A stretch of 64,000 nucleotides of DNA from the human T2T-CHM13v2.0 reference genome, Homo sapiens. Positions within the stretch are counted from its first letter, which is position 1. Every line of letters begins with the position of its first letter. The stretch lies in NCBI RefSeq assembly GCF_009914755.1, contig NC_060929.1. One strand, given 5' to 3'. Both the position numbers and the translations under genes were made by a program. Shown piece after piece: positions 15,419 to 31,350 of the stretch. The notes beneath the pieces were generated by a model. The model was given only the letters and a program-made list of their open reading frames with translations. It did no database searches and was not told the origin of the DNA.

Positions 15419-18400
15419 GTAAAAAGATATAGCTTTACAATTCACAGAATAAATAATGGGAAATTATTTAAATGTTGTTTTAATTCTGAAAATTGTTTAA
15501 ATATGTCTTAAACAAGACTGATCAACCTAACATTAAAACCAAGCATTCTATTCATCAAAGGACACTACAGTGAAAAAAAGACACAAACTGGGGGAACATG
15601 ATTCTAATACATACAACTAACAGATTAGTATTCAAATATATTCAGAATTAAAATAACTAAAATAAAAGACAAACCACCAATAGAAAAATATGCTGAAGAC
15701 ATGATTAGGCATTTAATCGAAGAAAAGACATGAGTAAGTGACAAGTGTATAAAAAGTGCTAATAATGCCTAAATCAGGGAAGTGCAAACTTCAAGCTCAC
15801 CAGATTTGCAACAACAGCACCAAAATAATTAGGAAAATGTTAAGTTTTGCTGAATATGTGCAGCAATGGATTACATATTGCCAGTGGGAAAGTAACTTTG
15901 CACAAGTACTTTTGAAAGTTCTTTTGCATTATGGAGAGAAGTTGAGGATGTTCCAATCCTACAACCCAGTCATTTCTCTTCTGTGCCCGCCCAAGAAACC
16001 ACTTGCACGCCCACACAAGGAGACTCATATGACAATGTCCCTAGCGATATATTTACAGAAGAAAACCCTGCAGACTCTGCAAATGTTCTCAGGAGAAAGT
16101 GTAAATGCCCTGTGGCATATTCAAATGACAGAGTAGGAGTCATCAGTGAAAGAAAAAAAAAATGCATGAACTACCAGCACCCACGACACCATGGGCAAAT
16201 CTGCACAGAGTGCAGCAAAAAGCAAGGTGTAAAGAACACATAACATATTTATGTAAAATTCAAAATCAGGCAAACCACGTAATACTTTACTTATTAGGAT
16301 GCATATGTGTGAGAAAATATAAAGAACTTCAAGGGTACAAATAAACACAAAATTGAGAAAGCTGTTTGACATAGTGGAAGAGAGACAATGAGGAGGGGGC
16401 CTAGAAGACTCTCCAACAATTACTGGTCAAATTCTACTTCTTCAACAGAGTTATAGCATTTTTTAAAACCATGAATATGCAAATACTGCATATTTGCAAT
16501 AGTACATATCATAGATTTCATTATATTATGCATGCTACTATCTTAAAATATAAGATTTGTTTCTGAAAATTATATTTGTATAGCAAAATCTCAAACAAAT
16601 TCTCTTTATAATTAGAGCCTTATTAATCAATGACAACATTTTAAAAATAGTCTATGATGTAGTTCAGTATAATATTTTTATTTGGAAGTATCTTATCATT
16701 GTGTCCAATTAACACCTCAGAGCTATATTTGGTTTTGTACTTTTCTGACACAAAATGTAACAATCTTCCTCAGGAACAACGAAGGAAGTTAAATCTTCCG
16801 TGTAAAGTGACAAATCCAATCCTTTAACAGAAAAACCACTCGTTTCTTTACATTTTGTTTCTTAAAATTCCCTTATTTTGTAGTTGTCAATATTTCTTTA
16901 AATGTTTTAAATATTCTGTGGAGTTTATTTCTTTATTAGTTGATTATTTATTTGTTCTGACTCCAAGATCTGCACATAAAACTAAATTCTGATTAATTTT
17001 CTTCCTCTGGAATGCTAGTTCATTAGCCAAACATAATAACTGTTTAAAATGGTCCAGTTGAAGCTTAAAATGCACTTCTGCATCCCTACCCCAAAAGGTA
17101 GTTTAACTAGAAAAGAGTTAATTTAAATTTAATTTCTTCTCTTGAATTTTGATCTTGCACTTGCTGTTTTATCTTGGTATTAATTGGCCTGTCATGCTTA
17201 GGAGGGTTAGCTTGATATATGTCTTGTTATTGATACCTAGGAAAGTATTTTTAACCAGCACAAGGTCTTGCTATCATCCCTGCTAAGGTATGCATTTAAG
17301 GTAGCATAAAGACTATAGGTTGCTTGAGGGCAGGCAGTTTTTCTTATCGGGATCTATATTTGGCGTCTGTAACATTACATACGGTGTCTGCAACATTGTG
17401 TAACACATGGTACCTCCACAATTCATGTGTTGAATGAACAAACGAATGGATGGAGGAATAAGATTTCACCCTCTTTCCCATCAGAGCAGAGGATAGCACA
17501 AACTCATACTCCTATACATTTGTCCTTGATTGGCTGACCCCAGCATCCACTCACCCCCAACAGGCAGACTCCAGATTTTAGATGCAAATCCTGGAGAATG
17601 CCATACATTTCCATAATCCCCCAAATAATAATCCCCCAAATATCCACAGGCTTTAAACACATTCAAACAATTCCAGTGTTTGGGTAACACTGAGGATTTT
17701 CTCTATTCCCACATTACTCTCTTTGGTAAAATTCTTTTCTAGTACCAGGTTACCAGGGAATTAAATGAAGCTTATTGGTAGTAGAATATAGACCCCAAAA
17801 TTGTAGGGACCTTGAGCAACTATCCACCTGAGGGCAATACCATTTTCATAGTGATGAGACTGTGTCCTAAGGAGTGTGATATTTTCATGTATCACAGCTA
17901 TGTTATCATACACATATTACTACATATTAATTTAAGAACATTGCTGTACTCTAGTGTTCTTTGGCAATAGCTACAATACTTGTCTTTAGCTAACTGAAGA
18001 CATCATTATCATTCACTAAATAAAAGAAAGAAGGAAAGCCATAAGTAAATAATGTATCTGTAAAAATCAGGGCATTTCCTATCTATTCACGCATATAACA
18101 TGTCATAAAGATGTTATATATTTCAATTAATTATTTAAGAAGAGAAAGAGCCCACATGTATGGAATACTTTCTCAGTGCCTAACACCATGCTAATTGTTT
18201 GAAAACACTTCTACATTAATGCTTATAACAGATTTCTGAGGTAACTGTTATTCTCCCGAATTTACAAATAGGTAAATGGGGTTTACCAGTATACTTTCCA
18301 ATTACACATCACTAGTAATATGCAGAGCTGAGATTCAAATCTCAAAGTCTATGGTTCCAAACTCCGTTGTCTTCACCACCACCCTGGCTACTACCTCCTT

Positions 18401-19049
18401 AAATTAGAGCTTCAGAATTTGTTGAGCATTTATGATATGACAAGCAATACATGAGTCCAAAAGACAAAATTGAACTCTTTACCTTAAATGAGACATGTCA
18501 AAATGACGAGGACTTCCCAACAGGTGGATGCCATCATTCCCACATTAGGGAGAGAAGGTTAATTGTTAAATTTCGAGGAAAGTTGGCAGTCAATGCCTTG
18601 GACAGATCTTTTCAATAAAATCTTGCTGAGAGTCCCATTCTCAAATAAGTGCATAAGACAAAGGAATAATGTGTGACAATTTTTAAACTTCCTCAGCTCT
18701 TGAGGTACTAAACAAACAGATGTGTGAGAAGACTGGGACTTATGAATACAGCGTTACTGTCAACTAATTAGGCGACTTCTTCTCTGCCTGCTGCTAACAC
18801 AGCAATCTCTGAAATTTAACATTCCATGATAGTTTCTCCTGGATAAAAGGGAATTAGAATACATTCACATAGGATGAAAATTTTTTAAAAATCAAAGGGT
18901 TCTTGTTGAAAATGGAGAATGGTTGTGGTAAAAGTTAAGCCCACAATATTGGATTAGCCTACCAAATGTTTTGTTAAATGTTTTTTTGAAGTAAGTAATA
19001 GCTTCCCAATCCTGCCCTGTGTCCTTTGACAAAAGTGAGCCTCCAGATC

Positions 19050-19500
19050 TTCTCAGCCCTAGCTCTGCAGCCTCTGGAAGCCCTCGTTACCTTGGGTGAA
19101 ATTTTTCTGACCTACCTCCTGGGTAAGGCCACCCTCTCTAACGTGCACTGTGGAGCAGCCTCCCTGGGCTTCCATCCCTCCTCTTGGACACTCTATTGCC
19201 TACTCAGCAACGTGCAAAGTCTCTAGCTGGATGTGCAGTACGTGGCCTCTCAAAGAATGGGTATGCTCAGTCTCCATCCTTACCCAACACCAGTGTACCC
19301 CATCGGCTCCATTTCAACCATACTGATCCCAAATAGCAGTTTGTCTTTTGACTGTTCTTTCCCTCTGAGCAATGCCTTTACCCCATTTCTTTCCCTGCCA
19401 ATATTTTGCATCCCTGACAAAGAAATATCCCTCTGTGAGCCATCCCCAGCACCACTTACTGGTTTTTTTTTTCACAGCAGCAACATATTTTATCATGTTT
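19050..19500 (+). mobile_element. L2 fragment, continuing at about 20160-20240
   Basis: Degenerate pyrimidine-rich L2-like sequence (gactgttctttccctctg..aatgcc). Confidence 0.45.
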
Positions 19501-19514
19501 TAGCATATTTATGC

Positions 19515-20150
<636 letters not shown>

Positions 20151-22489
20151 CCTGCTGCCTCTGTCTTTATTTGACAGTAAAACCCCAGAAGGCAAGAGCC
20201 ACATCGTAGTCATCCCTGAAGCACAAGGATCACTTTAAGACATTAAACCCTTGGGAATACTACATAAGCATATTTTCTTTTAATGGAACCAAATATTATT
20301 TCTTAAAAGGCCCACTCCAAGGTATCCCTCAGTGTGAAACACTATTCCAGTTCCTTAGCTTTACCTCAAGTTTTAGTCAAACTGGAAAACATTCAGACCA
20401 TATGAGGCAACTTACAATATACTTATAAATTTCTTTTAAATTGTGTTCTCCCTCATATAAAGTTCATGCCTTGACCTAACAGGAGATTTCTATATTTAAA
20501 AAAAGCTAAATAAATCTATAGATAATTCATCTGCTTTCCTTGAAAGTACTAAATCTCATTACTTTTTTACTAAAGTTCAATTAATGTCCCCATCCTAAAA
20601 TATTCAGATGAACAGCACCAGAGGAGACCACTGGGAAAAGCCAAGGCTCTTTGTGTGTCCTAATTTACAGGTGAGCGAAACTGAGATACAGAAATCCAAA
20701 TGACTACCTTAAAGGCACGCCTTAAATGTGTCGCTGCCAAGACCACAATCTTCTAGCACTCACTGCAACACTTTCTGCTATACCCCCCTTCCTTTTCCAT
20801 CCGAATAATCTGAACACTTGGAATCATGTTCATGGTGGTCAACAAGCTGTAGTCATCCCAAGATTGATGACTGACATTTCAGCTGACTTTCCTCTGAAGC
20901 ACATCAAATGCTCATTGTTATTTTGTTGGCTAAAATATCACTGTTTCCAATGTTCTATAATGACCATAAACAAACAAACAAATATGAACATGCATCTTGG
21001 TAAAAGCTTTTGGACTCTCAGCATCTGAAGGAAGACAGAGTGGATATGATGGAGACACAAATGCCTTTCTACTCCTCGTCATATTTATACACTTACAGCA
21101 GGGAGAGGAATAAGCGTGCATGATTTGGGCAATCTCTTCCTCTCTTGCTGTTTGCTGTTTGAAGAGTATCTATTCAAAGAGTCACTGACTTCTATATATT
21201 AATTTATTATGCATTCCCTATTACACATATGTTATTATTGCACTATCACTCTTCTTTTTACTATCACACAATATTGAAAATCTCATCTTCAGTTCCAGCA
21301 GTGCGCATGGAGACCTATTAAGGTGGCCTGCGTGAAAGGGAAATTGATTTAAGCTTTCTTCCATCTCATCTTGTCAATTTCTGTGTGGTTGTCTAGACTA
21401 TATTATGAAGGAGACAAACATGGTACTACTCTGATACATCTTTTTAGCCCACAATGAGAGGAACAATTTTATAATCTTCTGTAGAAAAATTAGAAAAGAG
21501 ACTTCAATGAAAGATGTTCTGTGTATTCATCAAAAAGGGAAAATACACATGATTCACTCATAACAGTTGGTATGTGAGATGGTTTACTTACATTTCTCAC
21601 TTAGCCACTGCAAATTTATAGAAGAGCATTATCCCCATTTTTATAGATGAAAGAAATAAATAAAAGATAAATTATGACTATATTTCAAGGCAAAGCTAGG
21701 AAATATCATAAAAACATAACAATGAAATTTAGCTATCATTTATGGAATTACAAACTCCATGTTTTGGATCTATGAGTCTGAAAAAGCTCTAAGAAGAAGA
21801 GAAAATATAAAGAATTTTCAACCCTAAATAAATTCATAAAGATTTCCAGTTCTCTACTGATTAGAATATTAAATTTCAAAATTCATTAGAGTTAGTTTTT
21901 GTAAAACATCTGTTTATACTGCAATTCTTCTAAATAAAATTAGTTATATTGATTGTTTTTAGATGTAAAATTAATATTAGCTTTTTGAAGTAAGATGACA
22001 TTTAGGAAAGAAACCACACTTCAAAATTGATATAAAAGCATTAAGATACAGTAATTGATGTAAGAAATATGTCAAATAATTATAACCATAAAGTATTCAA
22101 CCTTTCTAAGGCCCTACATCAAATTCTTTGAACAGCTGACTATTTATTATTCTCAAATAAATTTAGAACTATTATACGCTTAATATGATGACTGGTATTT
22201 TATAGACAAGAATATTAGTATAATTTGTCAATTGGCAATTTGCAAGAATTAATATGAAGGTATTTATACTAATGATAACATAAACTCTTAAGCTTTTAAT
22301 TTGCATAAAAATAAATCTCAAAAATATATTTTGATGAAGAATCTCAAAACAACTATAATCACTGCAGTGTATGGAAAGGAAAAGAAGCAGAATATCAGTT
22401 CAAGAATGTTCGCATCCCTAGGGTGAAAACAGACGAGAGACATTTAGGTGACTATTTACAACACAATTCAAGATACTGTGTTAGACAGA

Positions 22490-22745
22490 AGGACAGCCTT
22501 GTGGTGTGACATTTGAATGCATGTGCTTGGGGAGTACAGATGCCTAGATTCGGAAATCAATGTCTAGACACCATTGAATCTATAGAAAGTGATTTTTTTT
22601 CTCTATATCTCAATGTTCTTATCTACAAAATAAAAACAATAAGACTTTAAAGGGTTAACGAGGATGACATGGTATAATCTATCTAACCCATTTAATTTTG
22701 TGTCTGGCCTAGGGAAACTGCTCAATAAACTCTGCAATTATTATT
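22490..22745 (+). mobile_element. MIR
   Basis: tgcctagattcg..tcttatctacaaaat..gtgtctggcctagg..gctcaataaa. Confidence 0.6.
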
Positions 22746-25239
22746 ATTAAAATTATTAGTCATTACTATTGTTAGAACTACTATCATCCTTTTCTTAAGA
22801 TCAGAGTGAAAGTATGAGACTAAATCAACCATAGTTCCACATTCGGAGGACATCAAGCTATCTGGCCCTGGAATCCAAGATACCACGTTAACAAGTAGAT
22901 ATTTTCATGAAAATTAACTATGATGAATATCAAAATGTAATATTATGACCTAGCAAGATCAGAATAATATATACTATTTAATGTACTGTATAAATCAATT
23001 ATATATATAAATATATCTACATATATAATACATATAAAATGTACATAACATAAAAAAATGAATAATACAATAGATAATATGTATACTGGAAGATATAAAC
23101 ATAGAAATACTTAAGATTAATAAGACTGGTGATACTGCCAAACAATACCAATGAGATAAGAACAGTAATAAAATCACTGTATGTTCATTCGTCTGTTCAT
23201 TCATTTATTCATTCCGCACTGATTAAATAAATGAATACAGTATTAGTTGCTGTGTGCTGGCCACTGGTTTCGCATATGCTTGTCATCCCCGTCCTGGAGA
23301 AATTACTTATAGACTAGCCAAGGAAATGGAAGAGAAACAGACACCTAGTTCTAGCAGTTGACAAGGCTCAGCAAAGCCTTAGTATGGGAGGCAGCAGCTT
23401 TAATCCAGTTTGTGTATTTTGCTTCAGGATTAGGAGATCAAAGAAAACTGGGGTACTATATAGACATGGCTCAGTAGAGTGGCCTTGGACTCTTGGCTAG
23501 ATGAGAAAGTCTCAGAGCACTAGTGACTACAAAAAAAGAGAGGTTTAGAGGAATAAGAGCTTCCCTGTTAAAGAAGCAACGGCTGTAAATGCTCCTGCTA
23601 TTCGGGAGGAGAAAGAGAATGAAAACCTGACCAGAAATTTGATGGTGCTTGGGAAGCATGGAGATGAATCTTGAGGACCCAAAAAGTATTTTAGAATATC
23701 CCTCCTGCTTTATGAGGAAAAAGGAAAGACTATAAGAAGGAATCTTAGAGGAACAATCTCAGCATTAAAAGGCAAACTACATGAGGTTAGAATTAAAATA
23801 AAAAAAAACAGAAATAATGTGAAAGAATAAAGGGGTTATGACAAGAAGAACAATGATTCATAAGGAGATTTTTGAATTAGGAATATTTGTGAGGGAAGGT
23901 TCTGCTCTGGAATTTAAATTGGAAGAAAACAAAGACAGAAAAACTTGGAAAAAAACAAAATTGGCAATGCTGAGAAGTCTCCAAAATATGTCTATAGTCC
24001 CTCTAATTTGTTCTTCTGGTTTTGTAGTGAAGCAGACACTCTCAAAGACTTTGGAAATGACTACTGCAATGTTAATTCTGAATGACAATTCAATAAACTA
24101 ATTGTCTTGTTTAAATAAATCAGTACAACTTTATTGGAGCAGTAATAATTTAGCCTCATGAGAAATGGTTTTTTTCCTAGCATGGAAACTAACAATTACT
24201 CCCTAACTTTGAAATAGAAATTATATTTAATAAAAAATTTCCAAAAAAATGATCCAAAAGCAATCTAACTTTTTTTTTCCACCTGGCAAATGTGTACTCG
24301 CTGTGGTAAGGATATAAATTCCTATGGCTATGGTTGGTAAACAGTAAAAAGCATATTCTTCAATATATAAGATGTCTGGTTTCCAAAAATAAATATTTTG
24401 GCAAATTGATTATTTATTTAAGCAAGAATAAATCAAATTATTTCAATATTGTATCCTGCAGAAGATAATGAAACTATAAAATGTCTTACTTTGTGAAACA
24501 ATTATATTCCTATATTATTTATTTCCTCATGAAAATTCACATTTATCATGCTTTTGAAGAAATAAATTTTATTCTCACAAAATGTATGTGACCACTGGCT
24601 TCTGTTTCTTCACTAAATACTGTTAACTATTAATATATTAACTGGAAATCAGCATCTTCTCTAAAATAAGTCTGACTTTTTTTGCATATGTGGAAAAGAT
24701 TTTTAGACTCTAGTTATAGAACTGTTGGCATTTGGGCTCATGAAATTTAGCTAATAAAGAGAATGGCCTTTGATAGTATTTATAACACGTATTCCTTTTG
24801 CTCCCTAATATCCAAAGTATGGCAGACTTTGTTGGAAACCTCTCTTTGCAAAAAGTTCAATAGTTCAAAGGTGGGAAGAAAAGAAAGCACTTCCTTATGT
24901 GGAGCAAGCAACTGTTAATATTTATTACGTTTTATCCTTTTAGGTGTAGCTAACAACATCAACATCTTGGGAATCTATATAATAAAAATGGTGGGGTTAA
25001 AGATGATTGCTTTATTTAGTTGTCCTTATTCTATAGTAAACCATCACTCCACTCCAGATTCAAATTCTACCACTTCTCAGAATCAAAGCTACAGATTAGC
25101 TTTTGAGTACGAATGCATGCATATATGCCTGAAAAATAAAATAGGGTATATATATTAAACTTTTGAAGGGAATAAATATTGTCACAGAATAAAATTTATT
25201 TTCTCTCAAAAACTTTAATAATTCAGCTTTTTGTAATAT

Positions 25240-25898
25240 ATATCTAACATGACCGATTACAAAGCATTGTATTACTTTTCTATCATGCATAACCAATCAC
25301 CAACAGCAACGTTCACTGTTTCAGCTAACAGTTTTATAAGTTTTGTCAAGTCAGACTTGGCAGGCAAGTCAGACTTGTAAAACTCTGTTTGGAGTTTTAC
25401 AAGGCTATCATCAAAATTTCTCAAGGGCTACTTTCTCTTCTGCAGGTTCTGGGGAATCATCCCCTTTCAAGTTCATGCAAGTTATTACCTGAATTCAATT
25501 CTTTGGGCCATCAGATCGAGGTTCTGGTTTTCTTGCAGGTTGTGAGTTCAGGATCCTCCTCAGCATGTAAATGCCATCTGCATTACTAGCCCACAAAGCC
25601 CCTCCGTCTTCAAAGCCAGCACCAGATAATTTATCTTGTGTCAAAACTCTCTAGCTTCGAATTGAATTTTCTGAATTTTCCTTTGTCTCTGACCTCCAGA
25701 CCCAGATTTAAAGGACTTGTGTGATTAGGTCACACCCACCCAGATAATCTACCTTTCTTAAAGTCAACCATGCTATATAAAATAACCTAATTAGGAGAGT
25801 GAGGCCCCTTCATATTTACATTCCTAGGATTATACAGTCTGCGAAAACCAACTGATGACGGGAATCTTGCTGGACACCTTAGAATTCTGCCTACCTCA
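25240..25898 (-). mobile_element. MLT1E/F-type MaLR LTR
   Basis: Reverse-oriented MLT1 motifs: ccctccgtcttcaaagccagc, gtgattagg..cacccacccagataatct, ttagaattctgcctac. Confidence 0.7.
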
Positions 25899-26431
25899 AG
25901 CAGCAACGAATTTTCTTCCACCTAATAATCCTTGGAACCATGCTGGGAATGAGGGAGTTATTGAAGAGACATACACATTTGGAATCTCTTGATAATCCAG
26001 GAGGGAATTAGCCTAGCGGAAAATTCCAAAGAACGGTTCATTTTCTTTAGGAAGGGCACAGGTTGCTGCCCATTGGCAAAAATATTAAGAGGTGATTTCC
26101 AAAAAAGACAGAGGAATTATTTCAATAATTAACAAAGGGGGAGGTGACTGAAATCCATAAATCTAGAAATCCATAGCGAAGTTGATTAGTTTCAGAAACA
26201 ATGTTTAATGGAAAATGGTACAAATCTCAAGACTACATTTTGGAAATTTTCAGTCATCATTTAGTCAATCAATAAGCATTTACTGGGGAAAAGTTCCATG
26301 GCAGGTACCATCTTGGTGCAGGGGATACAGGAAAGAACATGTCAAGGTCACGTACAGAAAGGGCTCACAGTCAAGGGAAAGAGACATTTACCTAAATGCA
26401 GATAATGGTAATACTTTGGCTGTGAGAAACA

Positions 26432-26434
<3 letters not shown>

Positions 26435-26482
<48 letters not shown>

Positions 26483-26760
26483 CACAAGGTCTCACTCTGT
26501 TGCCCAGGCTGGAGTGCAGTGGCACAATCTTAGCTCACAGCAGCCTTGACCTCTCCGACTCAAGTGATCTTCCCAACTTAGCCTCCAGCGTAGCTGGAAC
26601 TACAGGAGAGCATCACCACTCAAGGCTAATTTTTTGTATTTTTTTTTGTAGAGATGGAGTTTCACCATGTTGCCCAGGCTAGTCTCGCACTCCTGGGCTG
26701 AAACAATCCACCTGCTTTGGTCTCCCAAAGTGCTGGGATTACAGGTGTAAGCCACTGGCC
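26435..26760 (-). mobile_element. AluJ whose tail is a (CA)n microsatellite ((TG)n at about 26435-26481)
   Basis: Reverse AluJ abutting (TG)n; TSD ctgtgagaa on both sides. Confidence 0.92.
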
Positions 26761-26839
26761 TGTGAGAATATATTGGTAGGTATACACAGGTGCTGGGTGG
26801 GGCCCAGGTTGTCAGGATCAGGGTCAACCTATAGCTTTG

Positions 26840-27030
26840 AGTGGAAGAACATGGAGTTTGGAACCTGTGACTGAGGTCTCGATCTCAGCTATGCACTTAC
26901 TGTCTATGTGGCATTGTGAAGATATTTAACATCTAAGCCTGTTTCCTCATCTATATGACGTGAGAATACTTACCTTGCAAGTGGTCGTGTAGACTAAGTA
27001 GGTAACACGTAATTGGGAGCTGTTAGGTTC
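26840..27030 (+). mobile_element. MIR
   Basis: cacttactgtctatgtg..tttaacatctaagcctgtttcctcatctat. Confidence 0.65.
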
Positions 27031-29856
27031 TACACTAGCACCACTACCACCCCCTTTTCTGGCTACCAAATGTATATTTGGTTTGGGCATCATTGTGCAA
27101 AACCATTGCAGAGGAGTCTGGAATTTACAAGATCCCCCAGGGTATGGCTGGCCAAGTGAGGCCCTCTGGGAAACATTTTTCCTATATTTTCATATATCAT
27201 TAATTATAGAATTAATATACTATATACCTTTATATTTGTATGTGTATATATTTATACACGTGTGTGGGTGGGATTGTGGAAGACAGACAGATAGGATGTA
27301 AGTCCCTTCCCTCCTTTCCAGTTCTACATGCTCACAAGTGAGACTGTGGTGCCTTACAACCATCAGGTGAATGCTTGGGAATCAGAGACGTTGACTTAGG
27401 GTCATGGCACCATTGAGACATCTAAAGAAAAGAACCCTGTCTACCTTGAGGCTTCATGTTAACTAAGGCTGAGACAATAAATGTTTCCACTGCTCTACTC
27501 CATTTTAGTCCAATATTCTATGCTCTCCACTTATACCACATAAAATGAATTTAGCACGACGCTTTAAACTGTGATCCCTTCAATAGTAAAATGGTTGTTG
27601 TTCTATCTTCTATACCTAGGTCTTACCTGGAGGATTCACAAGGGTCAGAGCACCCCAAGTCTCCATGCTATGATATCTTGCCTGCTTGCCCAGCCTTCTG
27701 AGACGCTTCTCCCCAGCCTCCTGAGATCCTTCTCCCCATTGGAGCCTTCCAGGAGTAGCTGGAGGGTGCACAAGGGCATGGTGCATATAATCAGAACTGC
27801 CACCTGCTTCTCTGCAGCTTGCTGTTGTCACCATCTTTCTCCTTCAGTGGGGGCTGTGGCTCTGCTGTCCTTGGGCTACAGTCCACATCCTCACTGCTGG
27901 ACAACTGACAAGTAAAGTTCCTTCCCTCTACGGCCTTCTGACGCCCAGTGCCAGCTCTGCTAGAGAAGTTACCTCAGCAAAGCCCTGAGACTACCAGTGA
28001 CCTGGCTGCAGAGGCCATCTGCAGGGATGGTCACCCTCACGCTGTGTCTGATTCCCCTGCCCCTTGCAGCCTCCACCTGCTTTGTTCAATGTGGCCCACA
28101 TTGCCAGACTCCTCCACGTCCTTGCAAGGATCCATTCTTCCTGCCTTGCTCTGCTGTGGCTTCCTAATTGACGAAGTGGAGACAATGATGACACTTAACT
28201 GAAAGGGTTACCATAAGCATGAAATGAGGCAACATGTACAATTCTTCAAAGAGTACTAGCCCTCAGGAAAAACTCAGGAACTGCTGGCCTCACTCTTTAT
28301 AATTGTTATTATTGTCATAAATCATCATCATTTTCATCAGCATAAGTCTTCTAAGAGTTATGTGTCATTTAGGAGCAGTCCATAGATAGATCTAACTGTT
28401 GGTCACACTCCTCATAATTGTTGCTATTGTCATAAATTACCCTGATCGTCAATCACAAGTCTTTCCAGAGTCAAGTCCCCTTTAGGAGATGTTCATAAGA
28501 GTGGTCCAACTGTGATTTGAATTCCATTTCTCTACCATTATGTTACTGATGCCTATGGAAATCAAGGAATATGTATAGGTACCTATTAGGTGCCCTTAAA
28601 TTTTCATCAACACTTGGAGAAATCCCTACCCATTCTTTGACTGAAGGTTAAAATATTCTGTGGTAGGGCACTTATGGTAAAGTCAATGGAGTGATAGCCC
28701 CAACCCTTCTCCAACACTTTGTGAAGTTACAACCACTGCCAACAGTCCAGTGAGAAGAACAGAACAGAGAAACAGTCCAGTCTGTGCTGATCGAGAAGAC
28801 ATTCAGAAGGATATGAGCCCTGAGGTGGGTCACTGGATCCATAGGCAGAGGTAACCATGCTAAAGAGGGAGGATATTCTAGGAAGAAAGCATCATAGGCT
28901 CTGAGATGAGAAATCATCATGCATTCATAGAACTGCAGAAGTGGGGAAGGATCCTTCACAGACATGGTTCTGGTTTATGTATCCTGCAGATCTAACTCAC
29001 GCCGTGTAGAGGATGGACTTGGGCTGAATACAGACAGAGGGATGAGTCTGAATGCTGTTATAAGGTTAACAGAGAGTATGACAAGGGCAGGTACTCAGGC
29101 AGGTCTCCAGGCAGGAGCCTCAACCTGGACGAGGACTGGATGGCTCATTAAGCTGCCGGATAACACCTCATTGACAGGCCTACAGCCTCAGGAATGGGCC
29201 TTGGGCTGAGCATGAGCCAGATCATTGTACTGGCCAGAGGTTAGGGCTGGCTACTACCAAGAGGGACTTGATTATCATCTTAAATAAAGCAGGACTTGAT
29301 CATGACCCTTCATAAAAAAGCATCATCTGTATAGTGTTCCTGCCTCAGGTCTGCATAGTTCTTGGGAATCATGAAGAAAATATGAAACCAAAATCTCTAT
29401 TTGTGGGAAAGATGAAGAATCCAACAGCTTTTTGATCTGAAAATAGGTTCTGGGTGAGGAAAGCCAAGACAGAAATGAGATAAGGTACAAAGTAAACCTT
29501 TAGCTCTAATAAAAAGCACCAATAACTTCTTTCCAGATGACTCAGAACCCTTAGACAATCACTAAACAGTCTGAATTCTGGAAACTATGATATGCATTTG
29601 GATGTTTAGGAAAGTCTGTGAAGAGATTAAGAGAACACAATGTTCCCATTTGCAGGGAGTTATAACCTACAGAGGTAGATGCAGAAGCTGATCTGCTGCA
29701 ACAATAAAGATCTCCAGATTGCTTGTCCCGCAAATTCCTAGCATCCTCCTGTACTATTGGATGGACTGTTAGGAAGTTGACTTGTATTACAAATGCATAC
29801 TGATAATTTTTTTTTAAAGTTGAAATGTTGATGTGACTACCTGAAAAGAGATCTTT

Positions 29857-30160
<304 letters not shown>

Positions 30161-30849
30161 AGAGATCTTGGGAATCAGATAGGTGCAATTCCTACCACCA
30201 TTAAAGTCAGAGTAAAACTGAAGTATATTTATTAGTCATTTCTACCTCTTATATACAAATATGTCTGGCAGTTGTGACTTGATTTTGTTTCTTTTCTCCT
30301 AAGAAACTCTTTTACTCACTCGCTAGTATCATTAAGAGGTATGAATCAACATCGAAATTACCAGACTTTTAAAATAGCCCTCTTTTTTTAAAAAAAAGTT
30401 GACGTTCTATTTTTGTTTAAATATCCCTTTTGATGTGCTAACTAGATTAGTCTATCACCTTTAATGAAAACTTGAATTTCTAAAGGTGCATTTCTAAAGC
30501 CAAGAAAACAAGTAGGTTATGACAAACAAACAAACAGTGGAAGTGATGCTATGCATCAACTGTTCTCCAGAGAAGTATCAATAAATTGCTTGTAGTTATA
30601 CAAATGCAGATGCATACATTAGAGATTTCCAAAATACAAAATAATTAAGCTTGATGAAGACTGATATTATATATGGCAAAGGGAAATATTTAGGCAGTGT
30701 CATCTTCACTCAACACTATTATTTAGTACAGATTTAAGACAGATTTATTGATTATATATCATAAGCTGTAAGCTAGACATACAAGACACAGTGTAAAGAA
30801 CCAAAAGTTGTCATGGTATCATTTTTCTGTCTACCTTGGAATTAACTGA

Positions 30850-31350
30850 TGTATTTTATTCAAGACACTTTGGATGTAATAAATGAAATCAACTTGAGAT
30901 GAATCAAATCAAATGAGGAAAGAGGACAGGTTTTAAGAAGGTATCAGGTAATGTCATGAATGCAACATACATGAAACGTACATTAGGCAGCCAGTCCTAA
31001 TGAAAACTATACTGCTCTCACTGACTTTCAGGGCCATATGGCTTCTCTGTTTTGGGAGGCTCACTGTTACCACAGAGTCCTCCACTAGCACACAAGCCAC
31101 TATGGCCACCATTGCCAAGCACCCACTATTGTATGTCACAGATTTTGGCTTGCTTATTTCATATCCTCCAGAGTAAGAGCCCATATACTCACAGTCTGGT
31201 CAGGTCCATTTACAATACAACCAGGAATTGGAAATTGATTCACAGGTTACTAAACAGTTCCCTAGACCCATTCCTATCAGGGGCTGGAGTTGCATGAAAC
31301 CATGTAAAAGGTATACAACATGGGAAAATGTCACACAGAAATATCAGGAA
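30850..31350 (-). mobile_element. Old, degenerate MLT1-type LTR
   Basis: Start resembles the reverse MLT1 terminus (tgtatt..tcaagacactttgg..aaatcaact). Confidence 0.4.

Noticed and set aside
14427-16372. 126-129 aa ORFs, and ORF 35720-35974
   Set aside because: Decayed L1 ORF2/ORF1 remnants with no intact frame.
16477-16498. Short palindrome tgcaaata-ctgca-tatttgca with an octamer motif
   Set aside because: An 8-bp stem in AT-rich L1-tail sequence is expected by chance.
22442-22455. atttaggtgactat, similar to the SP6 phage promoter
   Set aside because: Partial match only, with no adjacent vector sequence; chance.
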